Virus record (IMG/VR): IMGVR_UViG_3300010885_046411
Coordinates: 8,232-72,231 of that record
Length of the DNA stretch: 64,000 nt
Reading direction: 5' to 3' (one strand)
Source: a virus
The notes under the pieces are model-generated. The model ran no database searches. It was not told the DNA's origin and saw nothing but the letters and a program-made list of their open reading frames with translations. The position numbers and the translations under genes were made by a program. Of the stretch, positions 8,024 through 18,321 are shown piece by piece; position 1 is the stretch's first letter; every line of letters starts with the position of its first letter.

Positions 8024-8102
8024 ATACATACCTAAGGTTATTTCCAAATCTGCGTACATCTTTTTTTTTCCAAATTAGTTGTTGCGATAATAAAAAGTGT
8101 TG

Positions 8103-8110
8103 TACCTTTG
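8103..8110 (+). promoter_or_regulatory. -7 element TACCTTTG
   Basis: upstream of the first rightward gene (8148). Confidence 0.65.
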
Positions 8111-8147
8111 TCAAGTGCTACAAGGCTCTCCCTTCGAATCATAAATT

Positions 8148-8405
8148 ATGGAAACCAACACCTTCAAAGAGTCTGCTCTAATGCAGATGCTAACAACGGC
8201 ATGTAATGAGGCTGTGTTGTCTTTTCACAACGCAGTAGCCGTTAGCCCTAAATTATATGATTGGGTAAGGTCAATGCAGCCCACTAACACAGACCCAGAA
8301 AGGGTCGGCTTTATGGGTGTTCATGTAATTCTTGCAGAAAGCCTGCCCGAATATTCTTGCATACCATGTCTTCTAAGTAAAGACTTAGACGCTATCCCCT
8401 CATAG
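8148..8405 (+). CDS. hypothetical protein
   Basis: 85 aa, first of a packed rightward array. Confidence 0.65.
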   Translation: METNTFKESALMQMLTTACNEAVLSFHNAVAVSPKLYDWVRSMQPTNTDPERVGFMGVHVILAESLPEYSCIPCLLSKDLDAIPS

Positions 8406-8407
8406 CC

Positions 8408-8620
8408 ATGCACAATAAAACAACAGCAGAACGCCTAGAGGCTATTGCCACCAGTGCTATGCAAGGCATATTGGCAAGTGATTCTATTTACGCACAGCAT
8501 GTAATGCGAGAGGGTGGTGATTGCCGCAAAAAAGAGATAGTATCTGCTAGTTTTACGCTAGCCAAAATGCTGCTTGAAAAAATAGACAACGACACAGCCG
8601 ACCCAAACAACCAGCAATAA
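8408..8620 (+). CDS. small phage protein (AxxAMQGILA family)
   Basis: IATSAMQGILA motif common in small phage proteins. Confidence 0.7.
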   Translation: MHNKTTAERLEAIATSAMQGILASDSIYAQHVMREGGDCRKKEIVSASFTLAKMLLEKIDNDTADPNNQQ

Positions 8621-8625
8621 CGCCT

Positions 8626-8973
8626 ATGTTTACTGCCAAAGAAATCCAAGACGACCTAAGCGGCTTTCTGTCGCTAAATAATGCCGTACAATCTATTGTA
8701 ACGCTGCTAGAGTATCAAGTAGCCGATGCTCTTAATAGCATATTTGGCATAGCAGAGATAGAGATTGCTAACATAGCCGACGACTATGGTCTTGCTACTG
8801 TAGATGCAGATGGCTACCGTATATGTACGCCAGAACTACAAACCGCCATAGAAAAAGAACTTGATGAGGCTGGCTATTGGTATGAGTTTAATCTTATTTC
8901 CATAAGCAGCATAGATGTGCTTGAGCCATCGCACCAGCGTTTAACCATCTCCACCCTTGACAAGCCCGAATAG
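8626..8973 (+). CDS. acidic hypothetical protein
   Basis: 115 aa, packed. Confidence 0.65.
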   Translation: MFTAKEIQDDLSGFLSLNNAVQSIVTLLEYQVADALNSIFGIAEIEIANIADDYGLATVDADGYRICTPELQTAIEKELDEAGYWYEFNLISISSIDVLEPSHQRLTISTLDKPE

Positions 8974-8975
8974 CA

Positions 8976-9233
8976 ATGAACAAGCCTTTAACAGCAAAAG
9001 AATTAGAGGTTTTGTCGTTGAACAACCTAAAAATTGTTCAGCAAGCACACTCTGATGGGTTATATTTGCTTATCCCTGTTGATATAGAAAAACCGTCTGT
9101 ATCTTTTGGGATTAGGCTTAAACAGTTCTCTAGCCCACAAGAGGCGTATGATACGGTTTTAGAAGGGCTAAAAGAAAACAAGACACAGATTCCATTTACA
9201 GAAGAGATAGAGTCTGTGTTCCACGCAAAATAA
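8976..9233 (+). CDS. hypothetical protein
   Basis: 85 aa, packed. Confidence 0.65.
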   Translation: MNKPLTAKELEVLSLNNLKIVQQAHSDGLYLLIPVDIEKPSVSFGIRLKQFSSPQEAYDTVLEGLKENKTQIPFTEEIESVFHAK

Positions 9234-9270
9234 ACTCTTACAGAAGACCAACTGTTCCCACCCAATAGCC

Positions 9271-9489
9271 ATGCCAGTTTACAAGCGTAGAGGTAAAACA
9301 TGGGTGCCCATATACAACAAGCGTGAACGCGCTATTGTTGAGGGCTACCATGCCCCGCTTGAAAAGTGCTATGCCCCACCGCGCCAACGTAACCTAACCC
9401 CCATAACCACCGAGCAGAAACAACAACTGCTTAAAAATGGGGCTAAATGTGTTTCCATGTCCACGACCACCCATAAACAGCAATTATGA
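9271..9489 (+). CDS. hypothetical protein
   Basis: 72 aa, ATGA overlap with the next gene. Confidence 0.55.
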   Translation: MPVYKRRGKTWVPIYNKRERAIVEGYHAPLEKCYAPPRQRNLTPITTEQKQQLLKNGAKCVSMSTTTHKQQL

Positions 9490-9692
9490 TTCCCGTACCC
9501 AACGAACAACTCATAAGCCTTAGAGTGTGGGCCTATGACAAAGCCACCGAACAAAACGTTGATAGGCCAGAGAAACGTGCCAACGATATTATTGATTGGC
9601 TGCTGTCTAACCCCGAAGGCACCAGGTCTCTTACACCTGTATTAGAGAGCGGTGGCCCCGCTTTAGAAGAAGACCTTGTGCCAGTCCAATGA
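9486..9692 (+). CDS. hypothetical protein
   Basis: 68 aa, ATGA overlaps on both sides. Confidence 0.6.
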   Translation: MIPVPNEQLISLRVWAYDKATEQNVDRPEKRANDIIDWLLSNPEGTRSLTPVLESGGPALEEDLVPVQ

Positions 9693-9871
9693 AGAAAAAA
9701 CTGCTTCATAAGTTAAACATGGACTTTGCCCGTGTAGGCATACGGATTCTTCCGCATCCTCACGGGCACCTAGTCCTCCACAACAATAAGCCCATTGGGC
9801 CAGCGCAGACAACTAAAGACAAAGCACGTGCCCAAGCCATCATCTTCTTAGAAAAACAAGCCATAGCCTAA
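9689..9871 (+). CDS. hypothetical protein
   Basis: 60 aa. Confidence 0.55.
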   Translation: MKKKLLHKLNMDFARVGIRILPHPHGHLVLHNNKPIGPAQTTKDKARAQAIIFLEKQAIA

Positions 9872-9893
9872 GCATGGTTGCTATCTTTATGGC

Positions 9894-10079
9894 ATGGTTG
9901 CTACCGCTAAAAACGTGCGCAAGTATTTTCCCAATACGTTTGTGTTTCATGGCACCCACGCCCAAAATCTTGAAAAGATAGCCATCCTAATGCACGTAGG
10001 GCTGTATAGGGGGTACTTTGTATTTGAATACGAGCAAGAAGTACGCATTGGCGGCTTCTTGACATCTTGCGCCAACTAG
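9894..10079 (+). CDS. hypothetical protein
   Basis: 61 aa. Confidence 0.5.
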   Translation: MVATAKNVRKYFPNTFVFHGTHAQNLEKIAILMHVGLYRGYFVFEYEQEVRIGGFLTSCAN

Positions 10080-10082
10080 CCT

Positions 10083-10550
10083 ATGAAATCAGTTTTTGTT
10101 TTTTGTCGGGAGGCCGACATGGGGCACATGGCCCTATATGAAACGGAGATGGCCGAAATACTGCCAGCCAAGGCCAAGCTGACCTACGGCAGCCACCTAA
10201 TAGAAATACATAGCATACACATTGATGGGATAGATAAAACCGTAACCTACTTATGTGTCTCCGCCGACAACCATAGGGTAACCGATACCAGAGACTTTCT
10301 AATAGCTATTGGCTGGAAGAAAGCAGATAAACGGCCTCCTGCCATAGATGAGCAAGCGGTAAACAACCTCAAACGCAAGTTCTATGCCACCACAGCCGAT
10401 GGGTTATTGCTGCGTAAGCAGCAGCATAGCAAGGCAAGCATAGATGCGCTAGCCGACGAGTATGGCGTTAGCCACACTCACATGCGCAAAGCCATAGATA
10501 ACGCCCATAATAATCTTAGGATGTATATAGAAAACCGTGTCAAGCCATAG
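10083..10550 (+). CDS. protein with C-terminal helix-turn-helix-like motif
   Basis: SIDALADEYGVSHTHMRKAI fits an HTH pattern. Confidence 0.55.
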   Translation: MKSVFVFCREADMGHMALYETEMAEILPAKAKLTYGSHLIEIHSIHIDGIDKTVTYLCVSADNHRVTDTRDFLIAIGWKKADKRPPAIDEQAVNNLKRKFYATTADGLLLRKQQHSKASIDALADEYGVSHTHMRKAIDNAHNNLRMYIENRVKP

Positions 10551-10586
10551 CTTTACATGCCGCCTATAAAAGTCAAGCAATAGGAT

Positions 10587-10594
10587 TACCTTTG
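10587..10594 (+). promoter_or_regulatory. -7 element TACCTTTG, 4 nt before ATG
   Basis: TACCTTTG-tggt-ATG. Confidence 0.65.
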
Positions 10595-10598
10595 TGGT

Positions 10599-10847
10599 AT
10601 GATTGATAGATACCTACACCCTAGCACCGTACAAATACAGCCCATAGACACACCTATAAAGCCGAGCTTTATAGCGCAGGCCAAGTGGCAAGAAAACCCC
10701 GATGCGCAATCTTGCACAATAGTAAAAACGCCCGACCACCTAAAGTCTCTGGAGGGCAAGCAAGCACTTGTTTTCCGTATGTATCAGACGGTCTGTGAAG
10801 ATGGCACGGCCATTGTGGATGAGCGCAATATTATTTGCGTAGAGTAG
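10599..10847 (+). CDS. GroES-like small protein
   Basis: 82 aa; C-terminal IVDERNIICVE resembles the GroES last strand. Confidence 0.45.
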   Translation: MIDRYLHPSTVQIQPIDTPIKPSFIAQAKWQENPDAQSCTIVKTPDHLKSLEGKQALVFRMYQTVCEDGTAIVDERNIICVE

Positions 10848-10984
10848 GGGCGTTTGGAGCGTTATACTTAGGTAATGTTGCTATATATACACCATTAAAG
10901 GTATTTACGCCTATAATGTATTTAATTTACGACACAAATATAATATACCCCAAATAGATTGCGCAAATAATCGAACGAAATTTG

Positions 10985-11806
10985 TTATGATTGATGATGT
11001 TCATGCTTGTGATGCTTGTGCCTCCACCAAAACAGCCAATCAATAAAACTCTGTTTTCTTTTAATTGATTCTCCTAATTCGTAATTTTGTGGGCCAAACG
11101 GAGGTGTGCCTCGCCCTTTCCAATTTTGCCCCTTCTCGTGCTTTTTGCTTGTGATGTGTATGCAAACAATATCTGGCAAAAGCTCTTTTTTGTGTCTAGG
11201 CCAACGATGCTGGTGGATTACATCAGTTCGGTTGTACCCCTCCATTTCCACAGGATAGTCATAGATGCCTGATTCTTTTGGACACCACATTTGGAAAAAT
11301 CCGATGTTCCACCAACCATCGCCTTTGTATTGAACCATTCTGTCGCCCACAGGGAATAAAGACATATCAACATATACCCATTCTTTGTAAAGCAATCTGT
11401 ATTCTTTGTGCAAGAACGCATACCATTCTTCCCAAGAATCGCACATAAACCTATCTATCCCATATAACTTAGTCTTATCAAGATTAGGAGACAATGTTTT
11501 TATTAGGCTTTTTGTAACAGCAGGCAAATAGATGTCGGCATCCAACTGAACAACCCACCCATCAAGGGCCAAAGCCTTTAAGCCTTCATTTATGCCAGCA
11601 GCCTTATTTGCCACTGTTTCTCCATTAGCGTAAAACGCATTGGTCTGAACGCATTTTACATTGTGAATTTCGCAAACTCTTTTGGTGTCTTTGTCTTGGG
11701 TGTCCGTAACAACGACTAACCTATCAAACTGCGTTTTTGTGTAGGGGAGTGTATGGCTTAAAATGTCTGCAAAATCTATACAGACAATGACTGCTTCCAG
11801 TTTCAT
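10985..11806 (-). CDS. GT-A fold (GT2-like) glycosyltransferase
   Basis: VIVC..., NKAAGINEG, QLDADI (DxD), GFFQ; His-rich tail; AT-rich, opposite strand, own -7 element at 11842-11849. Confidence 0.75.
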   Translation of the reverse strand: MKLEAVIVCIDFADILSHTLPYTKTQFDRLVVVTDTQDKDTKRVCEIHNVKCVQTNAFYANGETVANKAAGINEGLKALALDGWVVQLDADIYLPAVTKSLIKTLSPNLDKTKLYGIDRFMCDSWEEWYAFLHKEYRLLYKEWVYVDMSLFPVGDRMVQYKGDGWWNIGFFQMWCPKESGIYDYPVEMEGYNRTDVIHQHRWPRHKKELLPDIVCIHITSKKHEKGQNWKGRGTPPFGPQNYELGESIKRKQSFIDWLFWWRHKHHKHEHHQS

Positions 11807-11918
11807 AAAAAAGGAGTGTTATGCGATTGATTGCCGCACAACAAAGATATGAAATAACCAGTATCCCCTTTTTGCCAAGAGCAAAACAACCCTATCCTCA
11901 TAGCCTTATTTTGTAGTT

Positions 11919-14081
11919 ATGAGAATTATATACAACCCCTCTAAAAAAGAATTGTTGCCAGGGGATGAAGGCCAACGGTGGATAGAGAACAACCGCATAT
12001 ACGAGTGGATACGTGGCTACCTATCTGTATCGCCACCCATACCATCCAATAGCGATATAATCAACTACGACAAGCCCCTAAACGAGCGCAAATGGCGGGT
12101 GCCCACGCAGCCAGCCTACATGGATGCGCCCCAATACAACTCCGATGGGGCCGTAGCCCTTTCTAGCCAGCAAAAAGAATACATGACCAAAGAATACAAC
12201 CGCATAGAAAACGGGATATTCATATACATATACGACACCATCACCTACATAACAGGGGAACACTATTACGAACTGTCCTACTTCCCTATGGATGTGGGGC
12301 TGAAAGAATACCGCGACCGAGACCGCCGCTTTTGGTCGGTCTGGCGCATGGCTAAACTAGACCCCTTTTGTTTAGGGGTGATAAAATGTAAGCCCCGCCG
12401 TGAAGGAGCTACCTATCAAGCCCTGTCTCTAGTATATCGGGAAATATCTTTGCACAAGTCCACCGTAGGCGGCTTGCAAGGTAATACCGAGCGTACTGCC
12501 AAGCGGAACTTTGGGCGCATAAATAGAAGCCACCGTAAGATGCCTTGGTGGCTGCGCCCATCTTCTAACTCTGAGCAGGGCCGTTCTCCTGGCAAAGAGT
12601 TAATTTTCCCGCATTTAGAAAGCAAGGTTGTCTATGCCCCCTCAACAGCCCACGCACTTGATGGCGAGAAGCTGCGCATCTGGTATTTTGATGAGGCAGG
12701 TAAGTTAGGGTCTCCAGGGAATATCAACGAAGTTATAGAGGTTGTATCAGAGACCATGATGCTTGGCCCCGCCCGTCAGGGCATGGGGGCCATATTCACT
12801 ACGGTAGATGAAGTAGGCGGTAGCCTACAGAACTTCCGCATCCTATGGAATGAGGCCGAACCATTCTATAAAGAAGACGATGTAAAAAATACGCACTTCC
12901 CATCGGCAAATAGGTTTATACGGATATTCATGCCTACATGGGATGGGCAAGAGGGCTTTATCGGGCCGTATGGCGAATCCATTATTATCGAGCCTACAGC
13001 CATCCAGAAAGAGTATTTGCTAGAAAGATTTAAAAAGCAATCTAGCATATACGAGAGGGGCTGGGGGGCTAAGAAATATCGGGATGCCCACATAGCCTCC
13101 TTCAAAGGCAATGCCTCTAAGATAGCGGCATATATGCGCAAGTACCCCTCTAGTGAAAGCGAAATCTTTGGGCTTGCCAATGGTAAAAGTGAGTTTAACT
13201 TGGCGGTGTTGCAGCAGGTTCTTGCCAAGTTAGACTACCATAAAGATTTGGCTAGGCGGGGGCACTTTGCTTGGAAGAATGAAACCAAAACAGAAATCAA
13301 ATGGGTGGACGACCCAGAGGGTAGATTTTGGGTATCTTGGCTGCCAGAGGACTTAAACGCACAAGCCAAGAAATTTGGCAACGTGCAGACAACCTTTTCA
13401 ACGTCTGTAATACGGTGGGCACCCTCTACGCCCGTATATGGGTTCTTGGGGGCCGACCCCTTTAAAAAATCGCAGTCAAGAACGACAGGCTCCCGTGGTG
13501 GGCTTATAGGGGTTATGCCCTACCAGCCTACTAGTGAATTGTTGGCGGGGCAGAAGATACCATCAGGGCCATGTTGGTTCTTGTATTATGACCACCGCCC
13601 TAGTTCCTTGCAAGAATACTTTGAAGACTGCATTATGGCCTGCCATGTGTACGGGTTTAAGATAAACCCCGAAGCAAACTTGACGGGTATGCAAGATTAT
13701 TTTAATGAAAGGGGTTACCAAGACTACTATTATACTGCTTATGAATTAACAGGCAAATACTCTGTAGAAAACGCTGCCGAGGCTGGCACCAGCAACACAA
13801 CGGGCAAGGTTATACAAGGTAAGATAGGGCTTATAGATAGGTTTATTGATGGCAATGACCCTATCCTATGCCCGTTGCCGTATGACATTATAGAGGAAAT
13901 CTGGCGCATACCCTTCCCGCCGTTTGTAGAAAGCCTTATGTCGTTTACATTTGAGGAAAGAACACACTTTGATGATGTGATGGCGGCGGGGCAGGCACTA
14001 GAGGCTATGGTAGCCATAGGCCCATCCCGCAAAAAAAATGAATTAGACTATCGGGGCTTGATGCAAATACTTACCAATTAG
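11919..14081 (+). CDS. terL: terminase large subunit (crAss-like)
   Basis: Walker A KPRREGATY, Walker B WYFDEAGK, nuclease GADP and FDDVMA motifs; 720 aa. Confidence 0.92.
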   Translation: MRIIYNPSKKELLPGDEGQRWIENNRIYEWIRGYLSVSPPIPSNSDIINYDKPLNERKWRVPTQPAYMDAPQYNSDGAVALSSQQKEYMTKEYNRIENGIFIYIYDTITYITGEHYYELSYFPMDVGLKEYRDRDRRFWSVWRMAKLDPFCLGVIKCKPRREGATYQALSLVYREISLHKSTVGGLQGNTERTAKRNFGRINRSHRKMPWWLRPSSNSEQGRSPGKELIFPHLESKVVYAPSTAHALDGEKLRIWYFDEAGKLGSPGNINEVIEVVSETMMLGPARQGMGAIFTTVDEVGGSLQNFRILWNEAEPFYKEDDVKNTHFPSANRFIRIFMPTWDGQEGFIGPYGESIIIEPTAIQKEYLLERFKKQSSIYERGWGAKKYRDAHIASFKGNASKIAAYMRKYPSSESEIFGLANGKSEFNLAVLQQVLAKLDYHKDLARRGHFAWKNETKTEIKWVDDPEGRFWVSWLPEDLNAQAKKFGNVQTTFSTSVIRWAPSTPVYGFLGADPFKKSQSRTTGSRGGLIGVMPYQPTSELLAGQKIPSGPCWFLYYDHRPSSLQEYFEDCIMACHVYGFKINPEANLTGMQDYFNERGYQDYYYTAYELTGKYSVENAAEAGTSNTTGKVIQGKIGLIDRFIDGNDPILCPLPYDIIEEIWRIPFPPFVESLMSFTFEERTHFDDVMAAGQALEAMVAIGPSRKKNELDYRGLMQILTN

Positions 14082-14094
14082 TTATATTTGTGCC

Positions 14095-14433
14095 ATGATA
14101 AAATTTGTATCGTTCTGGTGGGATATATGTGTAACACTATATCTGCTGGCCCACATACTAGGGCCGACTGCTATCCCTTGGAATACCGAGGTTGTTTTGT
14201 GTATGCAAGTTTTGAGCATGACCATAGACCTAGTTATCATGGATAGGCGTGCTACTAAAGACGAGAGGGCTATTGCCAGCGATGAGGCGCGGCTAGACCA
14301 GATAGAATCCCGCTTAGAGAACCACTCGGAACGGTTAGCCGATGCCGAAATAAAACTTGTGTATCTTGACAACGAAGATTTATTGACGGACGAAGATGAT
14401 GAGGCCGAAGATGAGCCTCAAATAGAATCATAG
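14095..14433 (+). CDS. membrane protein with coiled coil and acidic tail
   Basis: two hydrophobic segments; preceded by TATATTTG-tgcc-ATG. Confidence 0.65.
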   Translation: MIKFVSFWWDICVTLYLLAHILGPTAIPWNTEVVLCMQVLSMTIDLVIMDRRATKDERAIASDEARLDQIESRLENHSERLADAEIKLVYLDNEDLLTDEDDEAEDEPQIES

Positions 14434-14537
14434 GACATAGTTAATTGTTTTGCATAGTTTTTCATGGTTTAGATAGTTTTGTACATAGGGCGGCAGTAGC
14501 CGCCTTTTGTATGTATATACCCGCGAACCCTCTGTAA

Positions 14538-14828
14538 ATGCGCCATATTTGCCGTATGCGCTTATTTACTATTCTCAGAACTACCTTAACAAACCTTGAT
14601 GGGCAGTGGTCAGGCAAGCGCATGACCGCCTTCTCGTTTTCGGCATGGGCGCAGTTGGTTATAGCCATCTTCTGCTACAAACTATACAAAGACAATGTGT
14701 TTGCGTGGGAGCATTTCTCCGAGGTTTTATGGACTTTGGTCGCTTTTATCTCTTCTTTATTTGGATTAACGGGCTTTGATAGATACCTTAGCAACAAAAA
14801 TCAGCAGCCGCCGCCTAGCCAACCCTAA
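14538..14828 (+). CDS. small two-TM membrane protein (holin-like)
   Basis: WSGKR followed by two TM helices; start uncertain. Confidence 0.55.
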   Translation: MRHICRMRLFTILRTTLTNLDGQWSGKRMTAFSFSAWAQLVIAIFCYKLYKDNVFAWEHFSEVLWTLVAFISSLFGLTGFDRYLSNKNQQPPPSQP

Positions 14829-15379
14829 TGGATGTCCCTTTTCAAAAATATGAAGCCTACCTCGCGGGTAATCAAATCCCCCAAGAGGCGATGTTCTTGG
14901 CTAACGTACCAGCAGCACAAGCCCATGACCCCAACAAATGGGCCAAAGAGCAAATAGCCCTATTGCGTAAGGAGATAGACCATGCGGTACACGCACGGCT
15001 ACGGGCCGTGCTTACCCATGCGTTCAATATAAAGAACGCGATACAAACAAACAACCCATACGCTACCAGCAAGCACACCATTGAGGTGTATTCAGGCATG
15101 TATTTTATGGTGTTCCGTAGTGGGGGGCATACGATGGTGGGGGGCAAGGTGGTAGATACGCCCGCCGAGTATGTTACCTTAAAGCCAGCCCTCATAGACC
15201 ACAACTTTACGGCGGCGGGGTTTGAGGGGCATAATATCCGCATCAAAAGGGGCGGGGTGCATACATTAGATGCCCCTACAATTAAAGATGCGGCGGCAAA
15301 GATTGTGGCTGAAATAAAGGGGCTATCTTTACCGAAGGCCAAGAAGGCAGAAAAAAGTGCTTCTTACGGTCTATTCTAG
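14828..15379 (+). CDS. hypothetical protein
   Basis: 183 aa, TAATG coupling with the upstream gene. Confidence 0.7.
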   Translation: MDVPFQKYEAYLAGNQIPQEAMFLANVPAAQAHDPNKWAKEQIALLRKEIDHAVHARLRAVLTHAFNIKNAIQTNNPYATSKHTIEVYSGMYFMVFRSGGHTMVGGKVVDTPAEYVTLKPALIDHNFTAAGFEGHNIRIKRGGVHTLDAPTIKDAAAKIVAEIKGLSLPKAKKAEKSASYGLF

Positions 15380-15381
15380 CA

Positions 15382-16041
15382 ATGGACAAGTCAAAATTTC
15401 AGGAGTGCATAGACCATTTATTAACGCTGCCAATAGGTGAGGCGGCGGGGCCGCAGATATGCGCCTATATGCCTTTTGTGTATAGCCTAGAATCTCCCAT
15501 CAAAAATGAACGGGATTTAAGCAAGCGCAAAAAAGAAGCTCTTAAACGGGCCAACATCACCGACCCAGACCTACAAAATAGCCTTATAGAGTTAAGCCAA
15601 GAAGAATATGTCTCTTTGGCTCTAGCGGCCTTTATATTCTCTAGCACCCGCAAGTGGCAGTTGTATGTAGCCAAGCAGGAGTTGTTTCAGCAGTGTATGC
15701 GTGCCGCCATAACGCCCGTAGCCGCCGAGGACAAAGACCGTGATAAGACGTGGACAACTAAGTATGCCAACATACAGAAAGCCACTGCCCTATCAGCCGA
15801 ACTAGAGGCCATAGAAGATGAGGACTTTGCCGCCGAAAGAAAGATTATTGAGAAGGCCGCCAAAGAAGCCCTTACAACCATAGCCGCAGGTGGGCTAGAG
15901 GCTTTCTTGAAAGAGACTGAGAAAAGTGCCATAACTAGCGAAGAAAAACTTACGCACGGCGAGAGGCGTACCGCCGCCGCCGCCCGACCTCAGCCTAAGA
16001 AAAAGAAGCTAAAAGATAGCGAGTTTGAAACTAACGACTAA
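15382..16041 (+). CDS. helical protein, possibly a packaging accessory
   Basis: 219 aa helical protein near terL; function is inference only. Confidence 0.6.
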   Translation: MDKSKFQECIDHLLTLPIGEAAGPQICAYMPFVYSLESPIKNERDLSKRKKEALKRANITDPDLQNSLIELSQEEYVSLALAAFIFSSTRKWQLYVAKQELFQQCMRAAITPVAAEDKDRDKTWTTKYANIQKATALSAELEAIEDEDFAAERKIIEKAAKEALTTIAAGGLEAFLKETEKSAITSEEKLTHGERRTAAAARPQPKKKKLKDSEFETND

Positions 16042-16069
16042 GCCAAGGGGAACTTCGTACATTTAGTGT

Positions 16070-16741
16070 ATGGATGTAATTTCCTTAGTTGCTGACATAT
16101 ACGGGCAGGTAGGGCGTACTGAGCAGAGTTTTGATGCCAATGATATTACAATGGCAATCAGAAATGCTCAGTCGCAACTACTCAATGACCTTGTATATGG
16201 GGTTAGGAGCAGACAAAAGGGCGCAATGCAGCCCCCTGAAATGCGGGACGGGGCCTTTACGTCTAAACTGTTAGCTCCCTTCTACGTGCCATTTGGCCCC
16301 ATTCCCGCTTCTGGAACAGGCAACTTCACCATCGTGGGCGATGATGTTACCCGCCTAGATTACTTGATGGCTACCTATGCCTCTGGTAAAACATCCCTAT
16401 GCGACACCATAAACCTAACGCAAAAGGGGTATAGAGATACTTCCTCTACCCTGTTAGTTGGCCCCACAGAGGCATATCCATCCTTGTGTATCATGGGGAA
16501 CAATCAGTGGCAGGTATCGCCAGCCCCTACGCAAGTGCAGGGTATCTACATTAAAGGCTATACCGACGTGGTGTTTACCTTTGATGATACCAAGCCCTAT
16601 AAGCTATCCCCTAGCATAGACACCCTATTGTGGACAGAGGAGGCTAGACCTTTCTTACTATCTACTGCTTGCAAAACACTAGGTATATCTGTACGTGATT
16701 TCCCACTGGCTGCTGCCGTAGCCCAAGCCGCACTAACCTAA
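16070..16741 (+). CDS. tail ring/head-tail adaptor protein (P22 gp4-like, crAss ring protein)
   Basis: N-terminal DITMAIRNAQ helix pattern, about 220 aa, first of three similar-sized genes. Confidence 0.65.
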   Translation: MDVISLVADIYGQVGRTEQSFDANDITMAIRNAQSQLLNDLVYGVRSRQKGAMQPPEMRDGAFTSKLLAPFYVPFGPIPASGTGNFTIVGDDVTRLDYLMATYASGKTSLCDTINLTQKGYRDTSSTLLVGPTEAYPSLCIMGNNQWQVSPAPTQVQGIYIKGYTDVVFTFDDTKPYKLSPSIDTLLWTEEARPFLLSTACKTLGISVRDFPLAAAVAQAALT

Positions 16742-16742
16742 G

Positions 16743-17351
16743 ATGGAAGATGCCCGTTTAGACATATTGGCAGAGCAAGCCCATAGGCTGCTGGAGGGGG
16801 GCGATATACCCGCCGACACACGCTATTCCCGCAGGGAGTTGCGCCTATACATACAGCAGTGCATAGCGAAGTTAGCCCTAGACAGGGCCAACCAAGCCGC
16901 CCAAGTAAATAGAGCCGATGGCATGAAGCAAACGCTTGAGTCGCCAGCCTCTATGCTCGTTACCCTTGGCCCTATTAAGGTAGCCACAGATGTAACGGGT
17001 AGTTATGTAGTATTGCCTGAGCAAACAATATGGCTTCCTGCTGGCCGCAACTTAGATGCCGCCTATGCCGTTCGGGCGGGGGCGCAAGTGCGCGACTGCA
17101 TGGTCGTCAAGCCACAAGATGCTGCCTCTTTACGGCGCATTAAAAATCAGTTTGCGGCCCCGTTTGTATGGCAAGAATCGGGTCGGGTGTATGTAGATGG
17201 CTGCGGCCCCCTGCCTACGGCCTTGTCGGTACGCATACCCGTAGCGCAAGCAACGGATGAGGGCATAGAGGTAGAGGCTCTGTCTATGTGCCTACAAGCC
17301 TTTGCCAAGAAAAACAATATAGACTTCACCCCTGACCAAACACCTGAATAA
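16743..17351 (+). CDS. tail ring protein
   Basis: helix-beta-helix layout typical of crAss ring proteins. Confidence 0.6.
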   Translation: MEDARLDILAEQAHRLLEGGDIPADTRYSRRELRLYIQQCIAKLALDRANQAAQVNRADGMKQTLESPASMLVTLGPIKVATDVTGSYVVLPEQTIWLPAGRNLDAAYAVRAGAQVRDCMVVKPQDAASLRRIKNQFAAPFVWQESGRVYVDGCGPLPTALSVRIPVAQATDEGIEVEALSMCLQAFAKKNNIDFTPDQTPE

Positions 17352-17353
17352 TC

Positions 17354-18052
17354 ATGGTAGGCAAACGGCTCACGGACATCGTAAACGAAATCCAAATACA
17401 AGAAGGGGCAGCACAGCAGAAAGAGGTTAAGATGCTCTTGGATGGGTATGACTTTGTGCGCCGTATGGCCCTAGATGCTGCGGGGGTGGTTAAGCAGGTG
17501 CAGTTTGATATGCCCCTAAGTCGGCAGAAGCAGTTGCCAGAGGACTTTGTAGATTGGGTAGATGTGAATGTATGTATCGCTGGCGGTGGATGGGAAAGCG
17601 TAGGCACTAAAACACCTACCCGCATAGGAGCCATTGTCCCCGCTAGTACCACAGCCGATGGTGTTAGCCCACTTACCATAGAGCAGGCCGTTATCAATAC
17701 AGGCTACCCCAATGATAATGGCTGGTCTAACAAAGTGCTTGAGAGGCCACAGGCCGACAAGCATAAGAATTTCTTTGTAATAGACAACGGCCTTATACGG
17801 TTTGCGCCAGAGATACCCGACTGCACCATACGCATCTTGTATTTGTCGCTATGCCATACGAATGAGCAAGAGACTATTTTGCACCCGTATTTTATACAGG
17901 CGTGTAAGGCGTATATCACCTATCGGCTAGACCCTACGCAGGCAAGGCAGTATGAGTACGAGAATGAGTGGTCTAAGGCGGTAGTTAGGCAGCAAGCGTT
18001 TAAGTTGCAAGACTTGCTAGACGTATTTTATACCTACACACCAAGACGGTAG
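17354..18052 (+). CDS. tail ring protein
   Basis: LPEDFVDWV motif, IRILYLS, C-terminal ACKAYI helix. Confidence 0.65.
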   Translation: MVGKRLTDIVNEIQIQEGAAQQKEVKMLLDGYDFVRRMALDAAGVVKQVQFDMPLSRQKQLPEDFVDWVDVNVCIAGGGWESVGTKTPTRIGAIVPASTTADGVSPLTIEQAVINTGYPNDNGWSNKVLERPQADKHKNFFVIDNGLIRFAPEIPDCTIRILYLSLCHTNEQETILHPYFIQACKAYITYRLDPTQARQYEYENEWSKAVVRQQAFKLQDLLDVFYTYTPRR

Positions 18053-18078
18053 TGTAGCGTAGGGAATGATATACATCT

Positions 18079-18321
18079 CTAACCCATTGCTAGGATATAA
18101 GATGATTTACTATCTTGACATTTCACTGGCCTTCTACCCTTGGCTTTCACCAAAGATGTTTGAAGCACCTCCACGTCTGTAACGGGGCGTTTCCCACACC
18201 CCGATAAGGCCATAGCCTTAATGTTAATCGCCGCATTTATATTAGCCGCCCTCATTTCCAGAAGGAATTGCTCCCGTTGTTTAACGGTGGGGTTCAGTTT
18301 GAAGAGATAGCCTTGTAGCAC
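18079..18321 (-). pseudogene. tnpB: internally deleted tnpB (IS200/IS605-family) remnant with omega-RNA-like 3' region
   Basis: GTG start gives MLQGYLFKLNPTVKQREQF (TnpB N-terminal YxFxLxPTxxQ motif) joined almost directly to ANINAAINIKxxALSG (TnpB C-terminal DxNAAxNI motif); CATCTTTG 4 nt upstream; GACGTGGAG...TGAAATGTC pairing downstream. Confidence 0.65.

Larger units (their letters stand above)
6460..8100. other. large non-coding control region (possible origin or genome terminus)
   Basis: about 1.6 kb without convincing ORFs between divergent gene arrays; repeats, palindromes and a C-rich to G/T-rich switch on the + strand near 7.2 kb. Confidence 0.6.
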
